A stretch of DNA of 64,000 nucleotides from Chrysomallon squamiferum. Lineage: Eukaryota; Animalia; Mollusca. Below the pieces are notes generated by a model. The model saw only the letters and a list, made by a program, of their open reading frames with translations, ran no database searches and was not told the DNA's origin. The position numbers were made by a program, and so were the translations under genes. This document shows positions 1 through 36,160 of this stretch, piece by piece (position 1 is the stretch's first letter; each line of letters opens with the position of its first letter). The stretch spans positions 36,146,001 through 36,210,000 of the forward strand of contig CM022671.1 of the NCBI GenBank assembly GCA_012295275.1, given 5' to 3'.

Positions 1-287
1 CTTAATGTGATGTCGTTGTAAGCGAGAAACTCCAAAACCGTATTACCTGATGCTATGATACCCAGGTAAATTAATTTTTTAATTATTATTTCTTTTTTGT
101 TGTTGAGATTTTTACACTAATACCAAATTAACAGCGACAGATATTTCTGGACTGGTGTTAAAATCTCGAAAGATTTCATTTCCGGTAGCGTATTATAATA
201 TATGAATAATTAAAAAAATAGATATATTTAAAAGGTAATCAGACCATCATGAGTTTACAACAGTATAAAATATCTAACTTTACCTCT

Positions 288-793
288 CTACCCCTGAACT
301 ATCGGGGCGGGTGCAGCGGCCGCACCTCCTGCCTGGGCCACGGCGACTGGTTTCATGACGGGGACAAGTTTAATCTTGTGACTGTGAGAGCCCTTGTAAC
401 TGCAGCAACATTTGCCGTTACCTCTGGCGAAAATCACAGCTGTAGAAACAAATAAATAAATAAATAACTTGTATTATTTATTCGTAGATAGATGGATTAT
501 TCTATTTAATAATTTAATTAAATGTTTTGCTAAGACTGTCTGACAGAGAGAATGTATTGGGAACAGAATAAATAAATAAGTTAATTAATTGTCAGGGTAA
601 TTTGTCAAAGTATACAATGTATAGGTCACAATTATAGAATGTGTGTGTGGGGGGGTGGCATGAATTCTGTTACAGCAGTAATTTGTCTGATTTAACTTCA
701 GTGTGGTCGACAAAGGTTTATAGAAATTAAAACGAAATTTCTTTTTAACTCTTAATCAATTTAATCTTCTGGCAAATGCTTGTGTAACAGAAC

Positions 794-844
<51 letters not shown>

Positions 845-877
845 CTTACCAAGAAACAAAAAGAACAACAAACCCAT
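288..877 (-). CDS. Small putative secreted peptide, 59 aa, 2 coding exons (877-850, 439-288): MGLLFFLFLAVIFARGNGKCCCSYKGSHSHKIKLVPVMKPVAVAQAGGAAAAPAPIVQG
   Basis: ATG at 877, donor G|GTAAGC at 850/849, acceptor TTCTACAG|CT at 440/439, phase-1 join in frame, TAG at 290-288, another donor (GTAAAG) 4 nt after the stop. Exon 2 is a GC-rich island in AT-rich DNA. The hydrophobic N-terminus looks like a signal peptide. Confidence 0.6.
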
Positions 878-971
878 GAGTAACAAAAAATGAAAACGAT
901 ATAGTGAAGTATGAAAATAAAAGTTATTTTTCTCAGTTAAGGAACACATTTTTTTATGTTTATTTCCAGTT

Positions 972-1075
972 CACGTGATGTGAAATCAGCGTCAAGGAAG
1001 TTACAAATCTGTTATAAATATAACCTCAATCACGTGGTGAGCTCGCCTTGTCATAACGTTCATGCTATGACGTCA
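972..1075. promoter_or_regulatory. Candidate promoter of the small peptide gene: E-boxes CACGTG (972, 1031) and CRE TGACGTCA (1068)
   Basis: Three perfect palindromic sites clustered 100-200 nt upstream of the ATG. Confidence 0.3.
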
Positions 1076-4000
1076 GCGGGAAAACTCAGTATGGCGTCTG
1101 ATGGATAGCTTTCAAAATAATAAATTTCGTGTTGTCAACTTAAAAATTAAGAAAAATTCGGAACTAAACTTATTAATTCATTATTTTATTTTATTTTATT
1201 TATTGGGAGCGGGAGACTGCTGTATTTGAAATCATTTTTATTGCGGCTATTTCAGTGGCCATTATTAAAATTACACAAGGTAAGTGACTGAATATATCTT
1301 GAAGAAGAAATCTGATGATTTCATTGCTTGGGATGCTCGCCATTTATAAGTAAATATCTTCTCACGGAAAAATATGTATTAAATACAATCTCTGATAACG
1401 AGTAATGACACTGCTTGGTAACACTTGTGTCATGAGGACTATCTCGACAAATACAAAACCACTGAGCAACGTATTGTTATTTGAAATGTATTGGAATTAA
1501 AAATAATAATAAATAATTAAATTAAATTAATGGTACTCAAAAGCATGAACTAAAACCATGTTTTCCACTTGTCGAAATTGGAACACAATGGTAAGCACTT
1601 CACTATACTGTAGTCCTCTAAATGTTGACAATATACAAACACACTCAGTCCAGTTTTAATCACTTTGCATTGAAACGTTACCAACCACCTGGAAACAACA
1701 AACTATAGGACAGGAAAAATGTAATTTTATGTTCTCCAAGCAGATATAAAAATAGTTTACATCTGCTTTTAACTGATTATTTTCTTTATTTATTCTTTAT
1801 TAATTGAGCTATTATCATCTTCATTATCATCAACACAGTATCTTGAGATGATTGAAATATAGCTGTTATGACCTTCTGGATTAACAGCAGTTTAACTGCT
1901 TAATTACTTGAAATGGATTCACTTGTAGTTTTAACTGATCTGTTGAGACTTGTTACAGTTTACTCTTCTCTAATTAGTTCTCAGTGAAAAAGTACAGCAT
2001 TGCAGTCCAGTACTTGCCAAACTCGAAAATTTACTCGGAGGGTAGTGATCAAAAGAAATATGAAGCAAGTTTGGATTATTCAACATAAATTATGTTTTGT
2101 GGATTAGATGACACTGCCATTTAGCTCAGATCTTAGGAATTTGTATTTTTCAAGTATATCTAAGTTTTCCAAGCTTATTTTATTTTATTTCCTTTTATTA
2201 TTTTCAAACTGAATAATAAGTATACTTTAACATATAATATTTTGAAAGGATAAAAAAAAAAAGATTCTGGCTGTATTCTGTCACACTGCTGTTTAACAAG
2301 ACCACAGATATCCCTGCATTCCTTTCAAATAACAACATTGAGAGACACTTTTATTTAAAACTGTATTGCTTTTCAAATATGAATGATTTCATCAACATGA
2401 ACACAAACAAAGCAACACCAAACTACAAAACAGTAAAATGGTTACTGGTAGCAGAGAGGTTAAATTTACAAAGTTAATATTTAACAGTTATTAAAATGTT
2501 CTTAAATATAAATTTACATATCAGTTCACAATTGACAGGCCTATTATTAACTTACTAGCAAGTGTATTATATAGATTATATAATAGAAACATTTTTATTT
2601 TAAAGTATGCATCAATGAATACAAAAATAAGTTTAAATTTTGTCTAGTGACCTCTTTTTATTACTGCTATCACTGTTAATGCAATTTGTTTTTCAACATT
2701 TTATTTCACTTGAAAACCAGCAAATGTAAGAAAAATGAATTTTATGATTATAAAATGTTTCTGCATATTATGAATGTTATTTTATAAATTCTGTGATGCT
2801 TTACTACTGTCACTAAATGCAGTCACTTCTGAATCAAACTTTAAAAGGTATTTGTCAAAATTACAGATGTACATTTTACATTAAACATGAAATCACAATT
2901 TAATAAACATAGTAACAATGCCAGGTTTATTTATTTTATTTATCAATCTGCGAACTAATCATATTAACAAATAATAAATAACATGTACCAATTATCATCA
3001 AGCAAATATGCAATATTAAATATCTACACAAACATTATAAATATATTACAAGACTGGAAATTCTCCACTATCAGCTGTTGTAAATAATTGACAAAAGTTT
3101 AAACACAAACATTGCATAGATAGCAACACTTTTATCTGTCACAGTACTCATACCAAATACATTTCTGTGATTTGATCTCTGATAACTAAAACATATAAAT
3201 AACTAAATAAACAAAAAATGTAAGTGTGAAAAAAAAAAAGTCAATGAAAATAACTGTAATGTTTTTTTTAAATGGATGTTGACATGGTAAGACTGAGCAC
3301 ATTGTTATGTAATACACATGTATGTCAACTTTAAATACAACAAGCTTAGTCTGACACTGAAGTTTCAATTTACAAATCCTGTTCTGGTGTATTTAATATA
3401 TTTACACTTACTAGACACCATTGTTTAAACAGTCTTAGTAAACCAAGTCTTCACATTACATATGTTTATACATATCTGTGATCAACAAAACAATTTATAC
3501 ATCTGACTATTATGAGAGGTGACAACATTGCTAAATAAGCAGAAACATTTTTGTGTTTGTAAGTAAGTCTGGAAGCATATCATATTTCATACATCTGTTA
3601 TTTATTCTGACCAACATGAGACATCAGTGAAATCACTGCTGTGTGTACTGAACTGTTTTCTAGAACCTGTGTTGTGTGACAAACTCAGTGTAAAGGATCA
3701 GACCTGCTGGAGATGATGCAACTGGTCCTGCAGTTATAACAATATTGTATAATAATTTTAAAATAATAAAATAAAATGTGTTTTTTATTTAATTCTGCAA
3801 AAATTTATATCCTCCAGCACCTCATCTCAATATACACTATTTATAGTCAGCTATTATTATTATTTTTTTATTTTTTATAAACACTCATTTTAAACTTACT
3901 TTAACTATAAAGATAGTACATCCCTTTTTTGTGAAATGTTGTATTTGCCCTTGTTTTGAGAAAACATACAATTAGACATTATCACACTTCACAAAAAATA

Positions 4001-4925
4001 TAAATTATTCACATATTTCTGTATTGAAAAAATATTCTGAAATTACAAATGTGTGGTCAACTTTTCAATTCTTTGGTTATTAGATGAATATGATAATTTG
4101 TATCTACTGAGATGCTGTATGAATGAACACAAACATAATGAGACCTGTATCATGTCCTGTCACAGGAAAATCATCTCTAATGTCTAATGTAATATTTAAC
4201 ATGGCTAAAAAGAGTTTGTGGCAATAAGTAAGTTTATTCCAATGACATAACATGTTTTCTGATGATCAAACTGTATGATTTGTATTACAAAACAGAAACA
4301 TGGTACGCAGTATGTTTTAATGTTTAGGATGGTTATGTTTGTTTTTCAAGTTCTACTTTATAAATAAGTTATTAGGACAGTAATAAGTTTTTCTTTACTG
4401 ATCCTGGAAATGATGATTTGTAGAAAATAAAAACACAGTGAAAAACATTCTCTAAAGATTTTTAAAAAAGAAAACTGTTACTGTTAAACTGTGTGGTTTA
4501 CATCAATGTAAACATTTCTACAAAGCAACGTAAACAAAGCACATATTACAGTTTTAGTTTGTAAACCTACAGTTGTTATATAATTTAATTTTGAAATATG
4601 AGCTTGTTTTATAATTTTATTTTGTAACCTACAGCTGACATTCTTTAATTTTATTTTGTAAACCTAGTTGATATTCAATAATTATATGTTATTCTGTAAT
4701 TTATAAATATATATCTATTATACACTGTTGACAGTTATCTGTAAATACAAAGCTATATAAATGTTTACACATGCAGCCAATAACCATAGGTAAATTGTGC
4801 TTTGTAAACAAACAACTGTTTCATAATTAAATGCACAACCTTGAATGGACTAAGGGACATCAATCAGCATTCACTTCTCACATTTAACCTCACAACAAAG
4901 TTTTTAAAAATAATAAAAATAAATC

Positions 4926-4963
<38 letters not shown>

Positions 4964-7388
4964 AAGTTGTAACACTCAAGAATCATAAACCTAGTTATTG
5001 AATAATCCTAAAATAATAAAAAAAAAAAAAAAAATTAAAATGTTTAAACCTGAATTCAAATATATGTATACAATAACAATAAACAAAATATTTTCAAAAA
5101 ATCAGTTCACGAGTCAAGAATCAAACATTTATTCCTACTTATTAAGAATTTCAAATTAAAATACATATACTGAAACATTTCTTAAAATTATCTACCTTTT
5201 AGTAAAACCACCCACCAATAAAATAAAATAATCACATATTTACATTAGTTCTCTTATTTCTTAACTGAATTTAATTTCTATTTTACAATTTTATTATTCA
5301 ATTATATCCTAAAATAGAAAAAAGACAAATACTTCAATAATAATTATTTCAGAATAAGACATAAAAAGAAAGGAGAAACAGAAACAAACTGAAGAAGCAC
5401 AAAGTTTATTTTCACAAAGAAAAAAAATGTAAAAAGATGTTACTATGACTACAATCAGTAATAAAACACTGCTTTGAATTTAATAAACAACTTTTAACAT
5501 TATAAAAACTTGTTTGTTCTTCACGGTTTCTGCTCAAATTAAATTTTTAAACAATTTTTTATATATTTTTTATTTTTATTTTTTTAAACCGACAGTATCA
5601 AATAACCTATATTAATGTCACTTTACATTTAACAAAATATTTTGATGTGCCAAAAAAATAAAAAATATAAAAAAATAAACAAATAAATAAAAATATTACA
5701 AAATACTTCATACTTAAAAAAAAACTATTTGAAGATTTTGCATGAATATAAATAGAGAATCCGAAACTTTATTAAAATTAGCTGAAATTTTTTTCATTTT
5801 CTCATAGACAGTTGCAATTTTTTCTATTTATTCTGAAGGAGACTGCTCTGAAGGAGATCACTTGTAGTGCACACACTTCAGATGAATTTATTAGTGCCAC
5901 AGCGCACAGCGCCTGCTATCCACAGTGACTGTATGAGTAAAAATAACAACAAACAAAATTAACTAATAAATATTTTAACTATTACAAGTTTTGTTTCAAA
6001 TTCAAAGCAGTGGTTTAAGAACAGTGGCACAGGCAGATGATCCAATGTTAATTTATGATAATACGTATCTATCTGCAAAAACAAAAAGAAACAACAAAAA
6101 ATCATGCCCCTTTTAACAAGATCTTGTCTTCCCTATCATACAGTTATCTATATAAAATTATTATTATCTTAGCAGCTGGATGTCAGAAAACAAATACTGT
6201 TAAGTTTTAGTTTTATCAAATTGTAATTATTATAACACTTCAGTGTATCATTCTTCTTTCATGTTCACATTTAAAACATGTTAAACCAGTTACCACAGTT
6301 GTCTGAATTCATTAAAAAAAAAAAAATGTTCTAATTTAAAAAGTGACAGTTTATTTAGCTGTGAATATTTAAACTGATGTTCAAGTCCTTCTGCATTATT
6401 CAATCTGTTATCTACATATTTCTGAAAATATTTCGACTCTTTGGTAGAACTCTGCAATTCTAAACCTTGATACCTTCTTTAACTTTGTACTTTGTAAAAA
6501 CAATCATCTCCCATACTTGTATCAAACAAAAATTTCCTAACGTAGTCTACTGTGCCTATCTGAATAAATTAATTCCCATCAGTAACAATCAGAAAATTTG
6601 TCAATAATTTATGAAACATTTTTACTCTAAAACAATACTTGATCTACATCTAAAATAGGTTCTTCTTATTGCTCTAAGTAATATAAATAATTTAACACAA
6701 ATAAACTTCAGTAAATTTATTGAATTTCATTACTTTATGACATTCACATTAACATATTAAAGGACTTTTTTTCTCAAACTTCTACAGGAAAACTTTAACT
6801 GACTGAGGCATGTGTGTGCGCAGATTTTTCACCTTCAAAACTTTCTTCAGTTAAACCTTATCACAGCTTTAAACTGGTGCTCTTCTACAACCTCGTTAGT
6901 TTACAGTAGCACTGAATCAAACTAATATACTTACAATTATCTTCATTTGTAACCTAAACATACTTAAATTTAAGAGATTACTTTTTGTTATTGGTTTAAA
7001 ATGTTGGAAATTAACTACTGCATCTTCAAATGGCAAGCAAACATGATAAAACATCAATCAGTTGAAATTTTCCAATCATTTTAAACAATTTAATTTCATA
7101 AAAATTTATAACATCATATCTGTAACACATCAAAACTAATAAGCCAAATATTTACATTAAACTGATAAACTTTTATTATTTTTTTTTCTTAGTGCAATGT
7201 GAACTGATGAAAGTATCAAATGATAATTAATTACTGTATTTCAACACTGACCAGGGTAATTCTAAAACAACTGAAATGTAGTTGCAAAACCAAAATAATG
7301 TTGTAGTGGACATCCAACTGCTAAGATGGTGAGAAGAAAGCTAGGTCTGGTCTCCAAACAATGTGGTGGCCGGATTAGGTTGTACGGG

Positions 7389-26962
<19,574 letters not shown>

Positions 26963-27282
26963 TTCTATTTTTCTCAGCTACATTTGGAGATCTCAGTACG
27001 CATGCGTCAACATCTTTTGACGGAATGATGGGAACTCTGTTTATATCCGTCTTTCTATCAATGAATCAAACAAAAAATAACAACAAGCCCGCCAAATTTG
27101 TTTTGCCTGTTTTATTTGCTATTAAATACACACAAAAGATATTCAAAATTATGAGTATTGTATGTGTGACAGCTAAAATAAATATGTTTAACATTTATAG
27201 CTGTTGATACGATGTAATTTAATTTTCGAAACTGGAACTTCAGAACACGCTGTTTAAAAATTAAGATAAATTATCATTGTTG

Positions 27283-27285
<3 letters not shown>

Positions 27286-27345
<60 letters not shown>
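27286..27345. repeat. (TTA)n microsatellite
   Basis: Visible. Confidence 0.9.
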
Positions 27346-27346
<1 letters not shown>

Positions 27347-28133
27347 TGCGATTCGTGATGATTAAGTGTTTCTTCCATTTCAATGTGAAGGTGAATTTTA
27401 AAACAAGGACATAAATTAAATATAATTTAATTATTCGAATTCAGTCAAACGTTTCATTCAAATATTCTAAACCAGAACCACCAGACAGTTGTGTAATATT
27501 TTTGTATCATATTTTATTTATATATAAAATAGACGGCAAAAGTATATTTAACAATGAAACATACAATAATACGTTCTTATTTTTATTTTGCCAAGTAATA
27601 TCTAAATTCAAGTGTCAGTTTAAGACAGGAAGAAAGTAGACTGAAATATCACACGAGAATTATGATTTTATGTTTTAAAATCTACTGTAAATGATTATTA
27701 AATGTCATCTAAGTTAATAATTAATTAATGATAGTTATATAAATAACACAAAAATCCGTAAAAAATAAAAAAGAAAAAGAAAAAGAAAGAAAAGAAAAAG
27801 GAAATGAAATAGAAAAGAAAGAAAAGAATGAGAAAAGAAAGCTCTGGTAGATCTTATTATGTTTGTTAGTTGTTTAAAATCTATATATTATTATGGTGAC
27901 TGAATATTAAAAATAAATAAAACAGGCTGTCTCATTAACTCGCAAACACAACAAAACAATTTTTTTTCTTAAATTCATTTTCAATAATATAAATAAATAA
28001 ATAACAAGGACCAGAAAAACAGAGAGAATAAATATAAAGAATGACAAAATGGTTGATTTACTTTATATGATTTATTAGTGAAATATACAGTATATACACT
28101 GACATAATACATTATGTACACAAAGTTCTTCAG

Positions 28134-28380
28134 TTTTACATAAATAATATACACACGAAGTTCGGTGTACGGACAGGATGTTTTACATAAATATAATACA
28201 CAAACATACAAGTTCTATATGTCAAAATGAGTTTACATAAATATGATCCATAAAGTTTTACATAAATATAATACAAAGTTATATGTATCAAATGAATTTT
28301 ACATAAATATAACAACAGTCATATGCATCTAAACAATTTTACATAAATAAACACATAAACTAAGTTATGCGTACATAAAC
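28134..28380 (-). repeat. About 7 dispersed copies of TTTTACATAAAT (mRNA sense AUUUAUGUAAAA) in the likely 3' UTR of homeobox gene 1
   Basis: Copies near 28134, 28181, 28232, 28256, 28297, 28337 and a partial one at 28372. Confidence 0.7.
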
Positions 28381-28506
28381 AGAACACACAAACTACGAAA
28401 GCTCGTTCACACAAATTCGAACCATAATAAATATTTAATTTTGCACCAAGTTATTGTTCTAGCACCAAGACGTTACGTTCAACCAAGGACATCAGCGACG
28501 TCAGCA

Positions 28507-31106
<2,600 letters not shown>

Positions 31107-32424
31107 GATGTGTAACGAAGTCAGCTAAGCTAATGAACAACAGATAGTAAAGACGATTTGAAATGAAATAAATTTTAACTGAAGCAGCAGTTTAAATACC
31201 AAGTTAGAAAAAACAGTTGGCATAAAGTGAGTTCTTGTCATGGGTGACAGATACGGATGTCACCGGTTCTTACGATTAATAAACAATGGCCATTATTACA
31301 TCAGTGACCGCTGTTGTTTCAGTCTTTTGTTTTCAGTTGATTGTTGACAAGCTAATGCGAATGATGTGATCAACCAAGAACTGGATTAAAATAATAAACA
31401 ATCGCTATCAAAAGACGGTCAGAGATTATCGAGATTAAAAGATTAACCAATGTTTTTTCAAACAGCAGAGAACGTAAATTGTTTGTTGAGTATTAATTAC
31501 ACTAATTATACATTCATTTGCCTTTGAATTAATGTACTCATGTTTATTATAACATTCAGCCTGTTTTTAAAACTTGTTTGAGAAATATGATAAATATATA
31601 CGGTTTGTTAAGATATACGCTTAACAAGATATTAAAATGTATTACTTACAATCCAAACTGATAAAAAGTCGTATAAAAACGTGCACGAATGGTTTATGAA
31701 AAGATATAGCGAATATATATATATATATATATATTGGGGGCAGGTGAATTATGAGACACCCAAATGCACATAAAAAAACAAAAATAAAAAGACACGGTTT
31801 TGTATAATTATCTTAACATTGGGTGAAAACACTAAAAAATGAAGTGAGAATTTGTAAACGATTTCCTCATAACGAAGAATTTGCTTGTTCATGTGTGTCT
31901 GTGTCTACATATATGTGTTTGTGCATGTATATGTACTTATGTGTATGCGTATATTGTTTGTGTCTGCGTGTGTGTCTTATTTTTATTTTATGACGATATG
32001 AGAGGAAACATTGGATTACAGACATTGCTCAGTAGGAACACACACACGCACACACACACACAGAGAGAAAAAAAAGAAAAGAAAGGAGACGTAAGCTAGA
32101 ACTGTAGAAGTACGTAGGATTACTCCCGTCACTAAACATTATTATTACGTCTGAACCAGCACCGCTGTCTCTTATTTGTTTCTGAAACGTAAAACTCACA
32201 ACCCATCACTAAACAATGATTACCTAACAACACTCACCCTTCATCAGTTAAACGTGCTTAACCCTTTCACCGCTAAGTGATTATCAATCAGCAGTTTAAC
32301 CTGAATTTACCCGAGACAGCACTGTCAACTCACACCTGCCAGGTAGCTAACTAGATTATTATAAACTGATCGACTCAGACAATATGTTTATTATTCACTC
32401 CAGCAGATTTAATGAAACGATAAA
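31107..32424. promoter_or_regulatory. Divergent (head-to-head) promoter region of homeobox genes 1 and 2
   Basis: 1.3 kb between ATGs; TATA-like TATTTAAA (31198-31191, minus) and TATAAA (32360, plus) with an Inr-like TCACTC about 35 nt downstream; GATTA cluster at 31383-31446. Confidence 0.55.
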
Positions 32425-32939
32425 ATGAAAAACGATGAAAATACGACCGATGTTGGAGTGGTAGAGGTTAGTTCCTTTTCAGTAATTCAATGATAAGAAA
32501 TTTTAAATGAGATTTTAACATATTTACATGTCCATGAGCAATTTCACAAAGTTTTGATATTTCCCGTATTTGTGTTGGTTTAACTCTGAGATTTGTTTTA
32601 CCTTGCCATCCAAGCTGAACCGACCATCAACGAAAACAAATTAATGTGAACCTTGTATTTAGGTGCAGAAGTTAAATTTATTTGTTCTTTTCACGGTTTC
32701 TACGTGTAGTGTCACGAACACGTAATGTAAGTCCTACACACCTGGCAATTTACAAAATGTATTACGGTTAAAGTATTAATTAGATGTAAATGTATAAAAT
32801 AATTAATATTTAAAATGGCTGACGATAAATAAATACAATAATAAATTAACTAATTATATATATATATATAATTTAAGCAAAATGTATTGCAAACTGAAGG
32901 AATAAAGTTGTTATTATTATTATTATCATTATCAACATT

Positions 32940-32996
<57 letters not shown>

Positions 32997-33551
32997 TCAG
33001 AGCAGACTTGAAGATAGTGTATCACTACTTGACGTCAGCAATGTCTCATTTGACAGTTTCCTAGCCAGCGCTGTGTCGCTCATTCCCCAGTTTATTTTCG
33101 AAAGTATTAACGTCATGGAAAACGGAACAACACGACAACCACCGGAGATTCCCGATCAGCAGATTACCAATGGAAGTTCTTTAGTATCACAGGTCTCAAA
33201 AGAGTTTACGGCAATTTCAGGTAGAGAAAGCGAGTTGTCACCTTCAGAAGAAATTCTTGAGTTGTTGTGCAGAATAGATGTAAAAAATAACGAATATTCA
33301 GGTTTGAAACATATTTTATTATTATTATTATTGTTGTTGTTGTTGTTGTTGTTGTTATTTTTTAAATATATTTAACATTGCAGCATATTTGTAGTGAAGT
33401 TTATTGTAGTACCAGTGGCTGCAATAGTTGTTGCAATAGTAGCAGTAATTGTGGCAGTAGTAACTGTAGTAGCAGCAGCAGGAGCAATATGTATATTTTT
33501 AATTTATTTATTATTTTCTTTCTTTCTACCATTCTTTTTATTTATTTATTT

Positions 33552-33598
<47 letters not shown>

Positions 33599-36160
33599 TT
33601 TGATTTGATTTGATTTGATCTGATTTGATTTGATTTATTTTAGGAATAAACACTGCGGATAATGACTCTATGCATGATGAAGTGAGAAGTAAAAAGCTGA
33701 AGGAGACAACATCACCAGAAACCACATCTTTTGCAGACAGTCCAGACTCGATGAACACAGCTTTTTGTTTTGACAGCCAGGAGTTCCATGATATGTCAGT
33801 AGCACATGATTCACCCACAGATACCGTCAACAAGATTTCCACAGCCGAACAAACCAGTATCGCCTCATCTGCCATCACCCAGCATCCAATACGTGATTTG
33901 ACACAGGTGGTTACAGCTGCCTTCACCCACCATCCAGTACCTGATTTATCACAGATGACTACAGCTGCCTTCACCCACCATCCAGTACCTGATTTATCAC
34001 AGATGACTACAGCTGCCTTCAGCCACCCTCCAGTACATGATTTAACACGGGTGACTACAGCTGCTTTCACCCAGCCTCCAGCACGTGATTTAACACGGGT
34101 GACTACACCTTCCTTCACCCAGCCTCCAGCACGTGATTTAACGCAGGTGACTACAGCTGCCTTCACCCAACCTCCAGTTCGTGATTTAACACAGATGAAC
34201 GTAGCTGCATTCACTCAGAACACAACGCTGACTGAGAATTCTAAATTATCCTTGTCGTCGACACCACAGCAGAATATACCATCTTGTAAACCAAACAGTC
34301 CATCCACTAGTTTATTCAGCGAAGATTCGCGCAATACTGAGGTATTTCCATCAAGGAGAATTACTCATTCATCAAATCAATCACAGCAAAACAAAAATAC
34401 GAATTTGATGTATCCTCTTCTAGAACGAACTGAAACATCAGTATACAGAATGGAGTATCTTCTGGATACATCGGGAAGACCAGCTAACAGAATGGGTTAT
34501 GTACCAGATCCAGCAAGAGGACTAGCTAAGACAATGGGTCATTTTCCATATCCACCAGGAAAACTAGCTAACAAAACGGATCATTTTTCAGATGCGTCAG
34601 TAACATCAGCTAACAAAATGGATCATTTTACTGATCCATCAGGAAGACCAGTTAAAATAATAGAAAATTTTCCAGACAGCGAAGTATTACTAACACCAAG
34701 ACAAGAAATACAGTCTGTCACTTTTGTACCAAGGAGAGAGAGACTTCCAACAAGGCGAGTAACTCCTGTGTGTAGACAGAATGTTTGCCAGTCTCCTAAC
34801 AACTCCGAAAAACTGTTCGGAGAAGAAGATTGTGACTATTTAAAACCTACAGTCAACGAGTCTGGATACTGTATAAACCCTCCTAAAGATCTGACAGTTC
34901 AGCCAGCGGTGTCGCAGTTGATGGTCGCCGCTGACGAAGCACCACTGTCACCAACCGAATCCGTATCGTCCGAGTGCGAGATGGGTGTGAAAAAGAAACT
35001 CAGAACAAACTATTCGATAAAACAAGTACGATTTCTTGAAAAAAGCTTCCTGAACAATCCATATCCAGAATCAGAAGCAATTGAAAAGCTGGCAAACGAC
35101 CTGGATTTGGAAATTCATAAACTAAGAGTAAGTATAAATTTTTGTTATTGAACCTTTCTTTGACATACCATTTATGTCTTGTTAAACCTTGGCTTCGGTT
35201 GCCGTTTTTAATTTAATTTTTTTATTCATATTTCATTTATTAATTTATTCATTCACATTTCGTCATCTTTTTTAAATTCCGTAATTTATCTCTTTATTTA
35301 TTTAATCTTCTTCGCTCTAGGTTTGGTTTCAAAACAAACGTGCTCGATGGAGAAGAAGGGCAAAAGAAAACAATACACGCATACATCCTATTTACCAGCC
35401 TGCTCTTCCGGTCCTACTTTCCTCCACACCTCATCAAGCACCACCTATGAATTCATCGACGTCTCACATCAAGACGCCTGCCAGCGAGCAGACTCCTTTA
35501 GTCACTGAACAGAATCCAGTCAAGCAGCAGTCCGAACAAATGAGACAAATTCTTCCGAGATTTGAGACGAATTCGATCCAGTCACCGGCAGCATCAGTTC
35601 CTCCTTTTTTACTGATACCTGAAAGAAAATTTACACCAAACGTGCAGAAATCCCATAACCAAAGTCACATGCCTCACATTCCAACAGCCGTACGTTATAA
35701 TTCCAAGTTACTGTCATCTGGCGTCTTGTCAGATTTTAACTGCACGCCAAAAGTCAGAGCAGACGAACAACGCAACCACGTAATAGTTCCCCGATGTGAC
35801 GTCCCAGTCGGGTTTCCTGGTTCCTTGCAATCAGCTGTCCCACCAAGTCGAACAATTTCAGCACAACAAAACATGCACCCGCCAAACCTTTACAATATTT
35901 TACCCAGAAATCTAAATTCTGAACCCTGTGACGCCAAAATGACGTCACCGTCTGACAGAAATAGTCTGAATTACAAAGTCCACGACTGTCCAAAAAATCA
36001 GTTAGCGTATTTTGCTCATAATCCGAACGAATTTTCGAGAAATCCAGTAATACCACCTCTACCACTGATGACTGGATTTCAGCCATATTTTCCTCAAATG
36101 CATTCGGTGCTTACTCCTCATGGAAGTCGCCATCTTGTTCCTTCTTTTTATCGTGCTTGA
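32425..36160 (+). CDS. Divergent PRD-like Q50 homeobox protein 2 (888 aa; exons 32425-32466, 33001-33301, 33644-35127, 35321-36160)
   Basis: Homeodomain KKKLRTNYSIKQVRFLEKSFLNNPYPESEAIEKLANDLDLEIHKLR|VWFQNKRARWRRRA; intron at 46/47; all junctions GT-AG and in frame. Confidence 0.88.
33877..34218 (+). repeat. Coding 48-bp (16-aa) tandem repeat TTAAFTQPPxRDLTQV, ~7 copies, in homeobox gene 2
   Basis: Visible in DNA and in the translation. Confidence 0.9.
34420..34680 (+). repeat. Degenerate coding 42-bp (14-aa) repeat (F.DPSGRPANKMDH-like), ~5-6 copies, in homeobox gene 2
   Basis: LLDTSGRPANRMGY / VPDPARGLAKTMGH / FPYPPGKLANKTDH / FSDASVTSANKMDH / FTDPSGRPVKIIEN. Confidence 0.7.

Noticed and set aside
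1300-7388. 6-kb gene-free stretch with poly(A) runs
   Set aside because: No coding or structured RNA signal seen; probably a long SRPK 3' UTR plus intergenic DNA.
32340-32346. CAGGTAG (Zelda/TAGteam site) next to the gene 2 TATA box
   Set aside because: Single 7-mer; Zelda is arthropod-restricted and nothing here indicates an arthropod.
33588-34214. 208-aa minus-strand ORF (also antisense ORFs 60851-61666, 10792-11154, 7407-7643)
   Set aside because: Antisense shadows of real coding exons and repeats.
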